This document shows, in pieces, positions 42,004 to 50,750 of a DNA stretch of 64,000 nt. This DNA is from an uncultured Gammaproteobacteria bacterium (GTDB taxonomy: Bacteria; Patescibacteriota; Patescibacteriia; Patescibacteriales; UBA12465): contig CAZTUJ010000003.1 in assembly GCA_964616855.1 (NCBI GenBank), positions 4,963 through 68,962 on the forward strand, written 5' to 3'. The position numbers and the translations under genes were made by a program. Below the pieces are notes generated by a model. That model ran no database searches. It was given only the letters and a program-made list of their open reading frames with translations, and was not told where the DNA came from. Numbering within the stretch: the stretch's first letter is position 1; each line of letters starts with the position of its first letter.

Positions 42004-43305
42004 ATGTTTTATCATATAATTACTATTGGTTGTCAGATGAACAAGGCGGACAGTGAGCGTATCGCCTCTTTTTTAGATGTTCATGGCTATCAAGCCCAGG
42101 ATTCTTGGTTGGGAGCAGATTTAGTGATTCTCACGACTTGTGGGGTGAGACAATCAGCCGAGGATCGTGTCTATGGACTCGTTAATCGTATCCGTCAGAG
42201 TAATCCCGGGGCGGCCTTGGTCATCACTGGTTGTTTGGCTAATCGAACTGATGTTCATCGCCGCTTGCGGGGGCGGGTTGATTTGTTTATGCCTATTAAT
42301 GAGTTGCCTAATCTGTTTGCTTTGTTGAAAAATTGCCGCCAGGAATTAACTTTGAGTTCAGAGGAGGTGCGCAAGCTTAGTGGGGAAAAATATTTAACCA
42401 TCACCCCCAAGTATCAAAGCAATTTTACCGCCTATTTACCCATTGGCAACGGCTGTAATAATTTTTGTTCATATTGTGTGGTTCCTTATGCGCGGGGACG
42501 GGAAGTCTATCGCCCCGCCGCCGACATTATGCGGGAGGCTAAGGCTCTAGTGAAACGGGGTTATAAAGAAATTGTTTTAATTGCTCAGAATGTTAACAGC
42601 TACCGCAGTGGCACCGTTGATTTTCCTAAATTACTGCAACGTCTATCTTTATTGCCTGGTGATTTTTGGCTGCGTTTTTCTTCCAGTCATCCTAAAGATT
42701 TATCCGCGGAGTTAATTAAAGTTTTAGCTTCTTCTGATAAAATTTGTCATCATCTCCATGTGGCCGTTCAGTCGGGGGACGATGACATTTTGCAGGCGAT
42801 GAATCGTAATTATACGGCTGCTCATTTTTCTACACTTATCAAGAAAATCAGAAAAGCTAAACCTGGAGTTGCTATCACTACCGATGTGATTGTGGGCTTT
42901 CCCGGAGAGACTAAAAAACAGTTTCAAAATTCGGTGAAGCTGTTTAAAGATTTGCAATTTGATATGGCTTACACGGCTCAATATAGCCCTCGTCCTGGCA
43001 CTGCTTCTTGGAAAATGGAAGATAATGTTTCGCGGGAAGAGAAGCGGCGGCGAGAACAAATTTTGACCGAGATTTTGCGCAAGAGCGGACAGAAGGCTAA
43101 TAAAGTTTATCTTAAGAAAGAGATCAAAGTTTTAGCAGAGGGCAGGAATAAGAAGAATAAATATTACGGTAAGAGTTCGAGTTTTAAAACTATTCTGTTT
43201 AACGCTCCTACTGACTTAAAGCCAGAAGAAATTATTGGCAATTTTGTAACCGTGAAGATTGAAAAAATCCAGGACTTTGGCCTGGAAGGGGTGTTGATAA
43301 AATAA
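42004..43305 (+). CDS. miaB: tRNA methylthiotransferase MiaB (radical SAM, MTTase)
   Basis: UPF0004 N-terminal domain (GCQMNKADSE), radical-SAM motif CNNFCSYCVVP, and a C-terminal TRAM domain. miaA is the next gene. Confidence 0.85.
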   Translation: MFYHIITIGCQMNKADSERIASFLDVHGYQAQDSWLGADLVILTTCGVRQSAEDRVYGLVNRIRQSNPGAALVITGCLANRTDVHRRLRGRVDLFMPINELPNLFALLKNCRQELTLSSEEVRKLSGEKYLTITPKYQSNFTAYLPIGNGCNNFCSYCVVPYARGREVYRPAADIMREAKALVKRGYKEIVLIAQNVNSYRSGTVDFPKLLQRLSLLPGDFWLRFSSSHPKDLSAELIKVLASSDKICHHLHVAVQSGDDDILQAMNRNYTAAHFSTLIKKIRKAKPGVAITTDVIVGFPGETKKQFQNSVKLFKDLQFDMAYTAQYSPRPGTASWKMEDNVSREEKRRREQILTEILRKSGQKANKVYLKKEIKVLAEGRNKKNKYYGKSSSFKTILFNAPTDLKPEEIIGNFVTVKIEKIQDFGLEGVLIK

Positions 43306-43307
43306 AT

Positions 43308-43337
43308 CAAGCCTCCGTTAGGGGGAGGCTTGTTCTT
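43308..43337. terminator. Terminator after miaB
   Basis: CAAGCCTCC gttaggg GGAGGCTTG. Confidence 0.7.
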
Positions 43338-43533
43338 GAGCACTTAAACTGCTTACTTTTCAATCTTTTCAGCTGCTTTGTGCGTTCAGGCTACGTTCAG
43401 TTCCGGCCAGCATGGTTGTCAAATTCAGCAAATTCTGTTGAAGCAAATGTCTCTTTTTCATGGCTTTGAATTTTTTGGAATGAATAATAGGGTTTATTAA
43501 GAACTATTTAAATTATAGCAAATTGCTTCGTTT

Positions 43534-44469
43534 ATGCCAAGAAAAAAGGCAAATATGAATAAGGCAAAAGTTTTAGTCTTGCTCGGGCCCACAGCCTCTG
43601 GTAAGACGGCTTTAGGCGTACGCTTGGCCCTTAGGTATAAGGGGGAAATTGTATCAGCTGATAGCCGGCAGGTTTACAAGGGCATGGATATCGGCAGCGG
43701 TAAAGACTTAGCGGAATATAAGGTGGGGAAAAAACTTGTGCCCTATCATTTAATCGACATTGTCAGTCCTAACACGGAATTCAACCTGGCTAAGTATCAG
43801 AAATTAGCTTTGAAAGCGATAGCTGATATTATTAAAAGGGGCAAATTACCGATTATCGTCGGCGGCACTGGCCTTTATCTGCAGGCTTTAGTTGATAACT
43901 ATCTTCTTAGTTCGGCTAAACCAGATCCAGCGAAGAGACGAGAGCTGGAATCATTGAGTCGAGAAGAATTATTTGAACGTCTGGAAAAGTTAAAGCCGGA
44001 TTTTGCCCATAAGCTTAACAATAGCGATAAAAATAATCCTCGCCGTCTCGTTCGTTATCTGGAAATTCTAGAACAAGGCAATCATTTGGAAGCTAAACAA
44101 GATTCACCTTATGATTTTTTAATTTTAGGCCTAACTTATCCGGATGAAGTTTTACGGGAAAGAATTATTAAACGCATTAATACTCGCTTAGAACAGGAAG
44201 ACATGTTGGGAGAGGTTAAGCGTCTGCACGCTGAAGGAATTTCTTGGCAGCGCTTGCTGTCTTTCGGCTTGGAGTATAAATTTCTTTCCCAGTATCTTTT
44301 AGGTAAATTGGATTATGAGAATATGCTTCAAAAGTTGAGCGACGCTTCCTATCGCTTTGCTAAACGACAAAAGACTTGGTTTCGGCGCTGGCAAAAACAG
44401 GGCCGGGTAATTGAATATATCTCTTCTTTTCAAGAGGCGGAGAAGAAGATTGAGTCTTGGTTAAAATAG
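43534..44469 (+). CDS. miaA: tRNA dimethylallyltransferase MiaA
   Basis: P-loop GPTASGKT, then DSRQVYKGMDIGSGK. The start could instead be the ATG at 43555. Confidence 0.92.
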   Translation: MPRKKANMNKAKVLVLLGPTASGKTALGVRLALRYKGEIVSADSRQVYKGMDIGSGKDLAEYKVGKKLVPYHLIDIVSPNTEFNLAKYQKLALKAIADIIKRGKLPIIVGGTGLYLQALVDNYLLSSAKPDPAKRRELESLSREELFERLEKLKPDFAHKLNNSDKNNPRRLVRYLEILEQGNHLEAKQDSPYDFLILGLTYPDEVLRERIIKRINTRLEQEDMLGEVKRLHAEGISWQRLLSFGLEYKFLSQYLLGKLDYENMLQKLSDASYRFAKRQKTWFRRWQKQGRVIEYISSFQEAEKKIESWLK

Positions 44470-44549
44470 CTTAAATTGACATCTGTAAAAAAATAGCTTA
44501 AATTATAAAGTTCAATTAAATCGTTATTTATCAACTAAAATCACCAGCC

Positions 44550-45146
44550 ATGCAGAAAAATGTAATCAATCAAAATCTCCTGGAGTCCTGGAGAGAGTTT
44601 TATTCCCGTTACTTCAACCTCCAGGTTGAACTGGACCCCGACATCATTCCCGATTATGTTCCTGGCTATAACCGCCTAATCGTGGTTGTGCCTAAAATTA
44701 ATCCGGATAAATTAATCCGAGCGATGCGTATTAGGTTCACCAAGGTGAGGACCGAAATCTCTGATGTTACCCGTATCATCATCAGCGATGAACGGAAAGC
44801 CTCGGAATTTCCTTACGCCATTTGGGTAAAGGATGAAGATAATCCTACCTGGAGTAATCCTCAGGATTCTGAGAAAGACCCTCCCATTGGAACTCTATTA
44901 GAGTGTTTACTTCTGCGCACTGAAACTTTGTTGGAGTATCTGCTTCATTTTTTTAAGACCTGGGATGAAACCAGGCGGACGCTCAACGTTGAGACATCAA
45001 TGTTGTGCACGGGTACAAAAATGGCGGACGGCTTTCCTCTTCTTAGGTATTATCCTGAGAGTGAAGAATTGAAAATCACCACCTTTAAGGAGGGAGATGA
45101 CATCAGTAATTGTTATCCGCGCTCGGTTATTTTAAAACAGCAGTAA
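44550..45146 (+). CDS. Orphan hypothetical protein (198 aa)
   Basis: Long ORF with C/G-ending codons that are atypical for this window. It has its own TTGACA promoter region and its own terminator. Confidence 0.55.
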   Translation: MQKNVINQNLLESWREFYSRYFNLQVELDPDIIPDYVPGYNRLIVVVPKINPDKLIRAMRIRFTKVRTEISDVTRIIISDERKASEFPYAIWVKDEDNPTWSNPQDSEKDPPIGTLLECLLLRTETLLEYLLHFFKTWDETRRTLNVETSMLCTGTKMADGFPLLRYYPESEELKITTFKEGDDISNCYPRSVILKQQ

Positions 45147-45165
45147 AGCTCTTTTTCACTTTATC

Positions 45166-45197
45166 AAAAACCCCCCAGAAAGGGGGTTTTGTTTTTT
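45166..45197. terminator. Bidirectional terminator
   Basis: AAAAACCCCCC agaaa GGGGGTTTTGTTTTTT. Confidence 0.8.
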
Positions 45198-46704
45198 ATT
45201 CCATCAATAATTTTTCTAATAGGGGTTTAAGTTTCTCTGGGTTAGCCTTGCCTTTAGTTTCAGCCATTGTTTTACCAATAAAGAATTGGATTAGGGGGAG
45301 TTTGCCACTTTTGTACTCTGAAGCTTGTTTAGGGTTGGCGCTGATAACGGCGCGGATAGCATTTTCCAACTCCTCCTCGCTGTCCAACTGTTCTAGGCCT
45401 AATTTTTCCATGATATCGCTGGGGTCGCCACCCTCCCAATACATTACTTCTAAGATTCTTTGGCCGGCGTTGGAATTGATTTTATTTTGCCAGATGAGAG
45501 TCATTAATTCGGCAAAGTTTTCTGCTGTCATTCTTAAGTCAGCCACGGCACGCTTGTCGGTATTGAGATTTTTGAGTAATTCACTGTTAATCCAGTTAGC
45601 AGCCATCTGAGCGGCATTCTTGTCTTGCCTTTCAAAGTCGTCGCCGTTAGCTTCAATCCAAGCCCCCATTTCTGAGACGGTGTTTTCAAAGAAGGCGGCT
45701 AAGTCTTTGTCGTTAGTGAGTATTTCCGCACTTTCTTCCTTGAGTCCATATTGATGGATGAAGCGTTTTTGTTTAGCCGGTGGCAACTCGACTAGGCTTT
45801 GTTTTAAGGAGTCAAGCCAGGCCTGGTCAATAATAAAAGGGGGGATGTCGGGTTCGGGAAAATAGCGGTAGTCGGCGGCGGTTTCTTTACGTCGCTGAGC
45901 AACCGTTTCATTTTTTTTATCATCCCAGCCTCTGGTTTCCGGAATTATTTCTTCACCCTCATCTAAAGCAGCTGCTTGGCGAGTAATTTCGTAGTTAATG
46001 GCTTTTTCGACAGCGCGGAAAGAGTTAATATTTTTTACTTCTACTTTAGCATTTAAAGTTTTTCTGCCAGTCGGCAGAATTTGGCCATCTCGATACTGCC
46101 AGGCTCCTTTTTTCTGGAGACTGATATTAGCTTCACAACGCATTTCTCCTTTTTCCATATCGGCATTACTCACTTCTAAGAAACGGAGAATGCGTTGATA
46201 GGCTTGGCAGAATTTTTTTGCTTCTTCGGCACTAGTGATGGTCGGTTCTGTGACTAGCTCCACTAAGGGAGTGCCGGCGCGGTTAAAATCAATTAAAGTG
46301 TCTGTCCGGCCTTGGGGATGGAAAGATTTACCGGTGTCTTCTTCTAGGTGGATCCGAGTAATGGCAATCTCTTTATCGTCCACCGTCAGGCTTCCTTGGA
46401 AACAGAAGGGCTGATCATATTGAGAAATCTGATAGCCCTTAGGTAAATCGGGATAGAAGTAGTTTTTCCGGTCAAATTTGGAATGTTGGTTGATGTGGCA
46501 ATCTAAAGCCAGGCCGATTAAGAGGGTCCAGTCAATGGCCTGTTTATTCGGTACCGGTAAAGTGCCGGGATGACCTAAACAAATGGGACAGACGGTGGTG
46601 TTTGGCGCCTTGCCCGTGCTGTTATTATCACAGGCACAAAACATCTTACTTTTGGTTTTAAGTTCGGCATGGATTTCCAGACCGATGATGACATCATATT
46701 TCAT
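45196..46704 (-). CDS. gatB: Asp/Glu-tRNA(Asn/Gln) amidotransferase subunit B
   Basis: YDVIIGLEIHAELKTKSKMFC, CPICLGHPGTLP, and a C-terminal YqeY-like domain. Confidence 0.95.
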   Translation of the reverse strand: MKYDVIIGLEIHAELKTKSKMFCACDNNSTGKAPNTTVCPICLGHPGTLPVPNKQAIDWTLLIGLALDCHINQHSKFDRKNYFYPDLPKGYQISQYDQPFCFQGSLTVDDKEIAITRIHLEEDTGKSFHPQGRTDTLIDFNRAGTPLVELVTEPTITSAEEAKKFCQAYQRILRFLEVSNADMEKGEMRCEANISLQKKGAWQYRDGQILPTGRKTLNAKVEVKNINSFRAVEKAINYEITRQAAALDEGEEIIPETRGWDDKKNETVAQRRKETAADYRYFPEPDIPPFIIDQAWLDSLKQSLVELPPAKQKRFIHQYGLKEESAEILTNDKDLAAFFENTVSEMGAWIEANGDDFERQDKNAAQMAANWINSELLKNLNTDKRAVADLRMTAENFAELMTLIWQNKINSNAGQRILEVMYWEGGDPSDIMEKLGLEQLDSEEELENAIRAVISANPKQASEYKSGKLPLIQFFIGKTMAETKGKANPEKLKPLLEKLLME

Positions 46705-46785
46705 ATATCTTCATTTTAACGGAAAAATTGTTTTCGGGAAAGACGAAGGGGTATTTTATTAAAAAAGCCCCGGGAGGGGGACTTT

Positions 46786-48138
46786 TTAATAGAGACCACT
46801 ACTGCCAAATCCTTTATCTCCTCGTTCCGCCTCATCTTCTATTTTAGTTTCAATAATACCGGGAGTTTCTATTTTTTGAATAAGTAATTGGGCAATTTTT
46901 TGTCCGGCCTCGATATTATAAATGTCTTCGCTGAGATTTTTAAAGACGACTTTAATCTCCCCGCGGTAGCTGGCGTCGATGACACCGCCCATGGTTTTAA
47001 AGCCCTGATTAGCTAGGCCACTTTTATCCCAAATCAAGCCGACAAAACCCATGGGGATGGCCATTTTTATGCCTGTGCCGATAGCGGCTTGGCCATAGGC
47101 GGGGATAGAATAGTCCTCAGCCGCGTATAGGTCTAGGCCAGCGTCGCTAGCGTGAACGCGGGTTGGTAATTTAGCGGAAGGGCGGAGCCGTTCACAGGGG
47201 ATGCTAGAAATTGATTCTGTTGCTTTATTTTCGGGTAGAGAATTATTGCTAATATTTTCAATCGGGCTGCCGTTCTCTTCCGGATGAGCAGGTAGTCCTT
47301 TTTCAGGGTCATTATTAGTCAGAGGCAGGGAAATTTCGCCGATAGTCGCTCTTGGCGTCATGGTTAATTCCGGCAGGTTGGGGGTTAATTTTCCCTTATT
47401 AATTAAAATGTCACTCAAAGTCTGGAAGTCTGGCGTTTTTTTGTGATCGCCACCGACATTTAAGATGCGGTTGGCGTAGAGCCAGATTAAATAGTGAATA
47501 TCTTCCCGGCTCATAATTTCGCCGTTGCGGGTGCATTTGATTAAGCGGAAATCTGGTAAGTTCTGAGCAATGTCTAAGTAGGCCTTCTCCGCTTTTTTTA
47601 AATGATGGAGGCTGTCTTCATGGATATCTTTAGTTTTTCCTTTCCAGTCTTCACGTTGTCGCTCTTGGGCTAGTTTCTGGGAGATTTCGGCGTCGACATG
47701 AAGAATGAGATATAAATCCGGCTTGGGAATATTGAAAATTTTATATTCAATTTCGCTTAACCAATTAAAAAATAATTTTCTCTCTAAGGCATTGTCGATT
47801 TTTCCACCCTGATGAGCAAAATTGGAAGAAATATAGCGGTTGGAAACAACTATTTTCCCTTGCTTTAACCATTCTCTGATTTGAAAGCTAGCGTCAAAAC
47901 GATCAACCGCGTAGAACAGGGAGGCAGCGTAGGGGCTAACATCATCGGCGCTACCATATTTACCAGACAGATATTCTTCTACCATGCCCGCGGACTTGGT
48001 GTTATATTGGGGAAAGTCTGCAATTTCTACGTCATAGCCTTCGGCTTGCAATTTGCCAACCAAAAGCTGTAGCTGGGTGGTTTTGCCACTGCCGTCGGTG
48101 CCGTCAATCACGATGAATTTTCCCGAATAATTGGACAT
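46786..48138 (-). CDS. tmk-dut: Fusion protein: thymidylate kinase (N-terminal) + dUTP diphosphatase (C-terminal)
   Basis: The Tmk part has P-loop IDGTDGSGKTTQ and AVDRF. A low-complexity linker of about 90 aa follows. The Dut part has ASDAGLDLY, GVIDASYRGE and the C-terminal RGDKGFGSSG. Confidence 0.85.
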   Translation of the reverse strand: MSNYSGKFIVIDGTDGSGKTTQLQLLVGKLQAEGYDVEIADFPQYNTKSAGMVEEYLSGKYGSADDVSPYAASLFYAVDRFDASFQIREWLKQGKIVVSNRYISSNFAHQGGKIDNALERKLFFNWLSEIEYKIFNIPKPDLYLILHVDAEISQKLAQERQREDWKGKTKDIHEDSLHHLKKAEKAYLDIAQNLPDFRLIKCTRNGEIMSREDIHYLIWLYANRILNVGGDHKKTPDFQTLSDILINKGKLTPNLPELTMTPRATIGEISLPLTNNDPEKGLPAHPEENGSPIENISNNSLPENKATESISSIPCERLRPSAKLPTRVHASDAGLDLYAAEDYSIPAYGQAAIGTGIKMAIPMGFVGLIWDKSGLANQGFKTMGGVIDASYRGEIKVVFKNLSEDIYNIEAGQKIAQLLIQKIETPGIIETKIEDEAERGDKGFGSSGLY

Positions 48139-48219
48139 AATTTAAATTATTTCTTCCTAGAGACAAGAAAAGAGCGCCGCGGCTTCGCGCCAGAGCACTC
48201 CTCCTATTTTTTGCTCTTT

Positions 48220-48774
48220 TTAATTTTGTATCTCTTGCAGGATTTTGTCAATCTGCGCGTAGAGCGCGGGCAAGTCGCCGTTATTATCCAAATGGAATTT
48301 AGCAGCGGCCATAACCTCTGGAATTTGTAATTCTGCTTCCCGGCGTCCGTCTTCTAAAAATTCTTCAAAGCTCTTTTCGGCATCGCCCGCATTTTCGTTA
48401 CGTTTTTTCATGCGCTCATAACGTAGCTCCGGGTCGGCATCAATACTAATCAAATGAAAGCCGGGAATGTCTTTAAGGCTGACAATATCATCTAGTCTTC
48501 GGATGCCGTCTACTACGATTATATTTTTTTGGCTATTCTTTACGTCTTGAGCGATGGTTTGGGCTAAAACGTCGCCGCCGAAGCGGTTTCTGAGATCTAA
48601 AGATAAGTTCTGCATGTTTTCTCTGGAAATCGGTAAATATAGTCTGGTTAAAATATCGCGTAGAGCGGCGGAGAATTTGGTATTATCAGCCTGATATTTT
48701 TCGGTGATATATTTTTGGCAAACGGCTTTGCCACTGGCTAATTTACCGGCGAAGGCGAGGACGATTTTAGGCAT
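48220..48774 (-). CDS. P-loop nucleoside/nucleotide-kinase-like protein
   Basis: MPKIVLAFAGKLASGKAV (Walker A-like) with a VVDGIRR motif. The start at 48774 lies directly after the thyX stop. Confidence 0.55.
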   Translation of the reverse strand: MPKIVLAFAGKLASGKAVCQKYITEKYQADNTKFSAALRDILTRLYLPISRENMQNLSLDLRNRFGGDVLAQTIAQDVKNSQKNIIVVDGIRRLDDIVSLKDIPGFHLISIDADPELRYERMKKRNENAGDAEKSFEEFLEDGRREAELQIPEVMAAAKFHLDNNGDLPALYAQIDKILQEIQN

Positions 48775-48775
48775 A

Positions 48776-50068
48776 TTAGTTTTTATTAGTAATATCATGG
48801 AGGCCACGACGGACATCCCAATCATCTAAGTCTAAGTCGCAATATAATTTTATTTCCGGTAAGGCTTCATTTAAGGCGTGATACATTTTGTGGGCGATGT
48901 GGCGAAGGCTGGGGTGAACGGTCTTGCCAGAGCGAAGTTCGGTAACGTAAACAGCCGAAGGCAGGGGGTGGTGGAGATGACAGGCAACATTAAAGCCCAT
49001 GGCAATATAATATTGCTTTTCTTCTTCGCTGACGCTTAAATTTTCGATTAATTGTTTTTGAGCTGTAATTAGTTCTTCGGCTTCTAAGCGCATATCAGCT
49101 GGGAGTTGTTCTAAATACCACTCTTGGAAACCAAGCTTAGTGGTGAGCAGGGGCATGCGGGCAATAGCGCTGCGGTGGCGTTGGATATCTCGGAAAGAAC
49201 CATAGTCGAGTAGAAATTCAAAGTCACAAGAGCCAAGGTCACCGAGGAAATAGGGAAGATTGGTTTTGAGTGGGCGCTTTTCGATGGTGTCCGCGTATTT
49301 TTTTAGTTCTTCTCTCTTGATATTATGACTGAAAGCGAAGATAGGAGGATTAGTGGGTGCAAAATAACTATATTTTGCCGTCATTTCTGCTCGATAGGCT
49401 TCTTGTTCGGGATAAAGTGCATGAGAAAAACTGTTTTCGTATTTTTCTCTTAGTTTGTTTAAAATTTCTTCAGCAATTGCTCGCACTTCGGCTAGGGGAT
49501 GATGCCGGAGTAGGGCGAGCTTGTCCCAGGCTTGACGGAGATTGCTGTGCCAGCTGAGCTGGGTAGTAACACCGGCGGGTAAGAAGCCGCGCATAATATC
49601 AAAAGCGCGGGCACTGATGGCTTTCTGGTAGACTTTTTCGTCTTCACCGGGGTTTATTGGATATTTTTCTGTTAAATATGGTTTTAATCTTTCTTGGCCG
49701 TCAATATAAAAATCCATCCATTTTTTTAAAATGTCTTGGGAGGCAGGCGTGTTGAGCGGATCAATAATAGCTTGTTTGGCCATATCAATGTAGCGAGTGC
49801 TGGTTTCTTGGCCGCTGTATAGGGGCCAGTCTTGAATGGCTTTATCAGCCAGAATGCTGATGCCTTCGATAAAAATAGTGGTACTACCGCAATCAGCAAT
49901 GGAGGCGTGTCCATAGCCGACATAAAAGGTGGACATAAATTTACCAGAACCGCTTTGTCGCACTTTTTCTACATGCTCTTCTACGCTTTTAGGGCTACGC
50001 GAATAAAGGGCCTGCATCATCGCTACATCCTCTGGTCCAAATTCGTCGTAAATGAAAATCTTAGCCAT
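48776..50068 (-). CDS. thyX: FAD-dependent thymidylate synthase ThyX, long form (430 aa)
   Basis: YSRS, GHASIADCG, SGQETSTRY and the ThyX motif RHRSAIARM are present, but there are about 200 aa between the S..RY and RHR motifs. Confidence 0.75.
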   Translation of the reverse strand: MAKIFIYDEFGPEDVAMMQALYSRSPKSVEEHVEKVRQSGSGKFMSTFYVGYGHASIADCGSTTIFIEGISILADKAIQDWPLYSGQETSTRYIDMAKQAIIDPLNTPASQDILKKWMDFYIDGQERLKPYLTEKYPINPGEDEKVYQKAISARAFDIMRGFLPAGVTTQLSWHSNLRQAWDKLALLRHHPLAEVRAIAEEILNKLREKYENSFSHALYPEQEAYRAEMTAKYSYFAPTNPPIFAFSHNIKREELKKYADTIEKRPLKTNLPYFLGDLGSCDFEFLLDYGSFRDIQRHRSAIARMPLLTTKLGFQEWYLEQLPADMRLEAEELITAQKQLIENLSVSEEEKQYYIAMGFNVACHLHHPLPSAVYVTELRSGKTVHPSLRHIAHKMYHALNEALPEIKLYCDLDLDDWDVRRGLHDITNKN

Positions 50069-50078
50069 AAATTTTTGC

Positions 50079-50576
50079 TTATGCCATATCTTTATAAATA
50101 GTCATTTCTTCGGAGAGAAGGAAAAATTCTAGTCCTGCCTGGATAAATATTTCTTTACTGCGTTCGCCGGCATGGTAGTCTTGAGCACAAACGACCCGTT
50201 TGATGCCGGCATTAATAATCATTTTGGCGCAAGTATAGCAGGGCGTCATTTTGCAGTATAAAGTGCCACCATCAATGGAGATGCCCATGCGGGCGGCTTC
50301 ACAGATGGCATTCTGTTCAGCGTGAGTGGTGCGGATACAGTGGCGACTAGTACTGTTATCGGCATGGGTGACGGTGTGCATTTCGTGACCGACTTCATCG
50401 CAATGGGGCAGGCCAATCGGCGAACCGGCGTAGCCGGTGGAAATGATGCGGCGGTCGCGAGTAATAACACAGCCGGAGCGGCCCCGGTCGCAACTACCGC
50501 GGGAGCCGATGAGACCAACAATTTGCATAAAATATTCATCCCAAGAAGGGCGGACGTAATTGTTTTCTGTCTCCAT
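50079..50576 (-). CDS. comEB: Deoxycytidylate (dCMP) deaminase
   Basis: Zinc motifs HAEQNAI and PCYTCAKMI; 165 aa. Confidence 0.9.
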   Translation of the reverse strand: METENNYVRPSWDEYFMQIVGLIGSRGSCDRGRSGCVITRDRRIISTGYAGSPIGLPHCDEVGHEMHTVTHADNSTSRHCIRTTHAEQNAICEAARMGISIDGGTLYCKMTPCYTCAKMIINAGIKRVVCAQDYHAGERSKEIFIQAGLEFFLLSEEMTIYKDMA

Positions 50577-50750
50577 ATTTTTATTTTTTTAGATAATTTT
50601 TATAGGTCTCTTAATTGTAGTATAGAAGTGAAATTTATAAAATATTGACAAGATCTCGTTAATCTTTTTTACATTGATTTTTTCTTTTAAAAAGGCTAAA
50701 CTAGGGGTACCTTCCGCTTTCTTTTCTTTTCTAAATTATTTAATTTTTTT

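Noticed and set aside
45110-45610. 166-aa plus-strand ORF overlapping the 3' part of gatB
   Set aside because: It is antisense to a strongly conserved gene. The sequence is low-complexity and Ser/Leu-rich, typical of a shadow ORF, and it reads straight through the bidirectional terminator at 45166-45197.
48139-48219. GC-rich segment (GAGCGCCGCGGCTTCGCGCCAGAGC) and an AGGAGGAG on the minus strand between the kinase-like gene and tmk-dut
   Set aside because: I could only pair 4-5 bp convincingly by hand. The downstream mini-ORF is 13 codons with a GTG start. It is likely just an intercistronic spacer.
50246-50648. ORFs of 97 and 108 aa overlapping the dCMP deaminase gene
   Set aside because: They are alternative-frame or antisense shadows, Ala/Thr/Val-rich translations of a GC-richer coding stretch.
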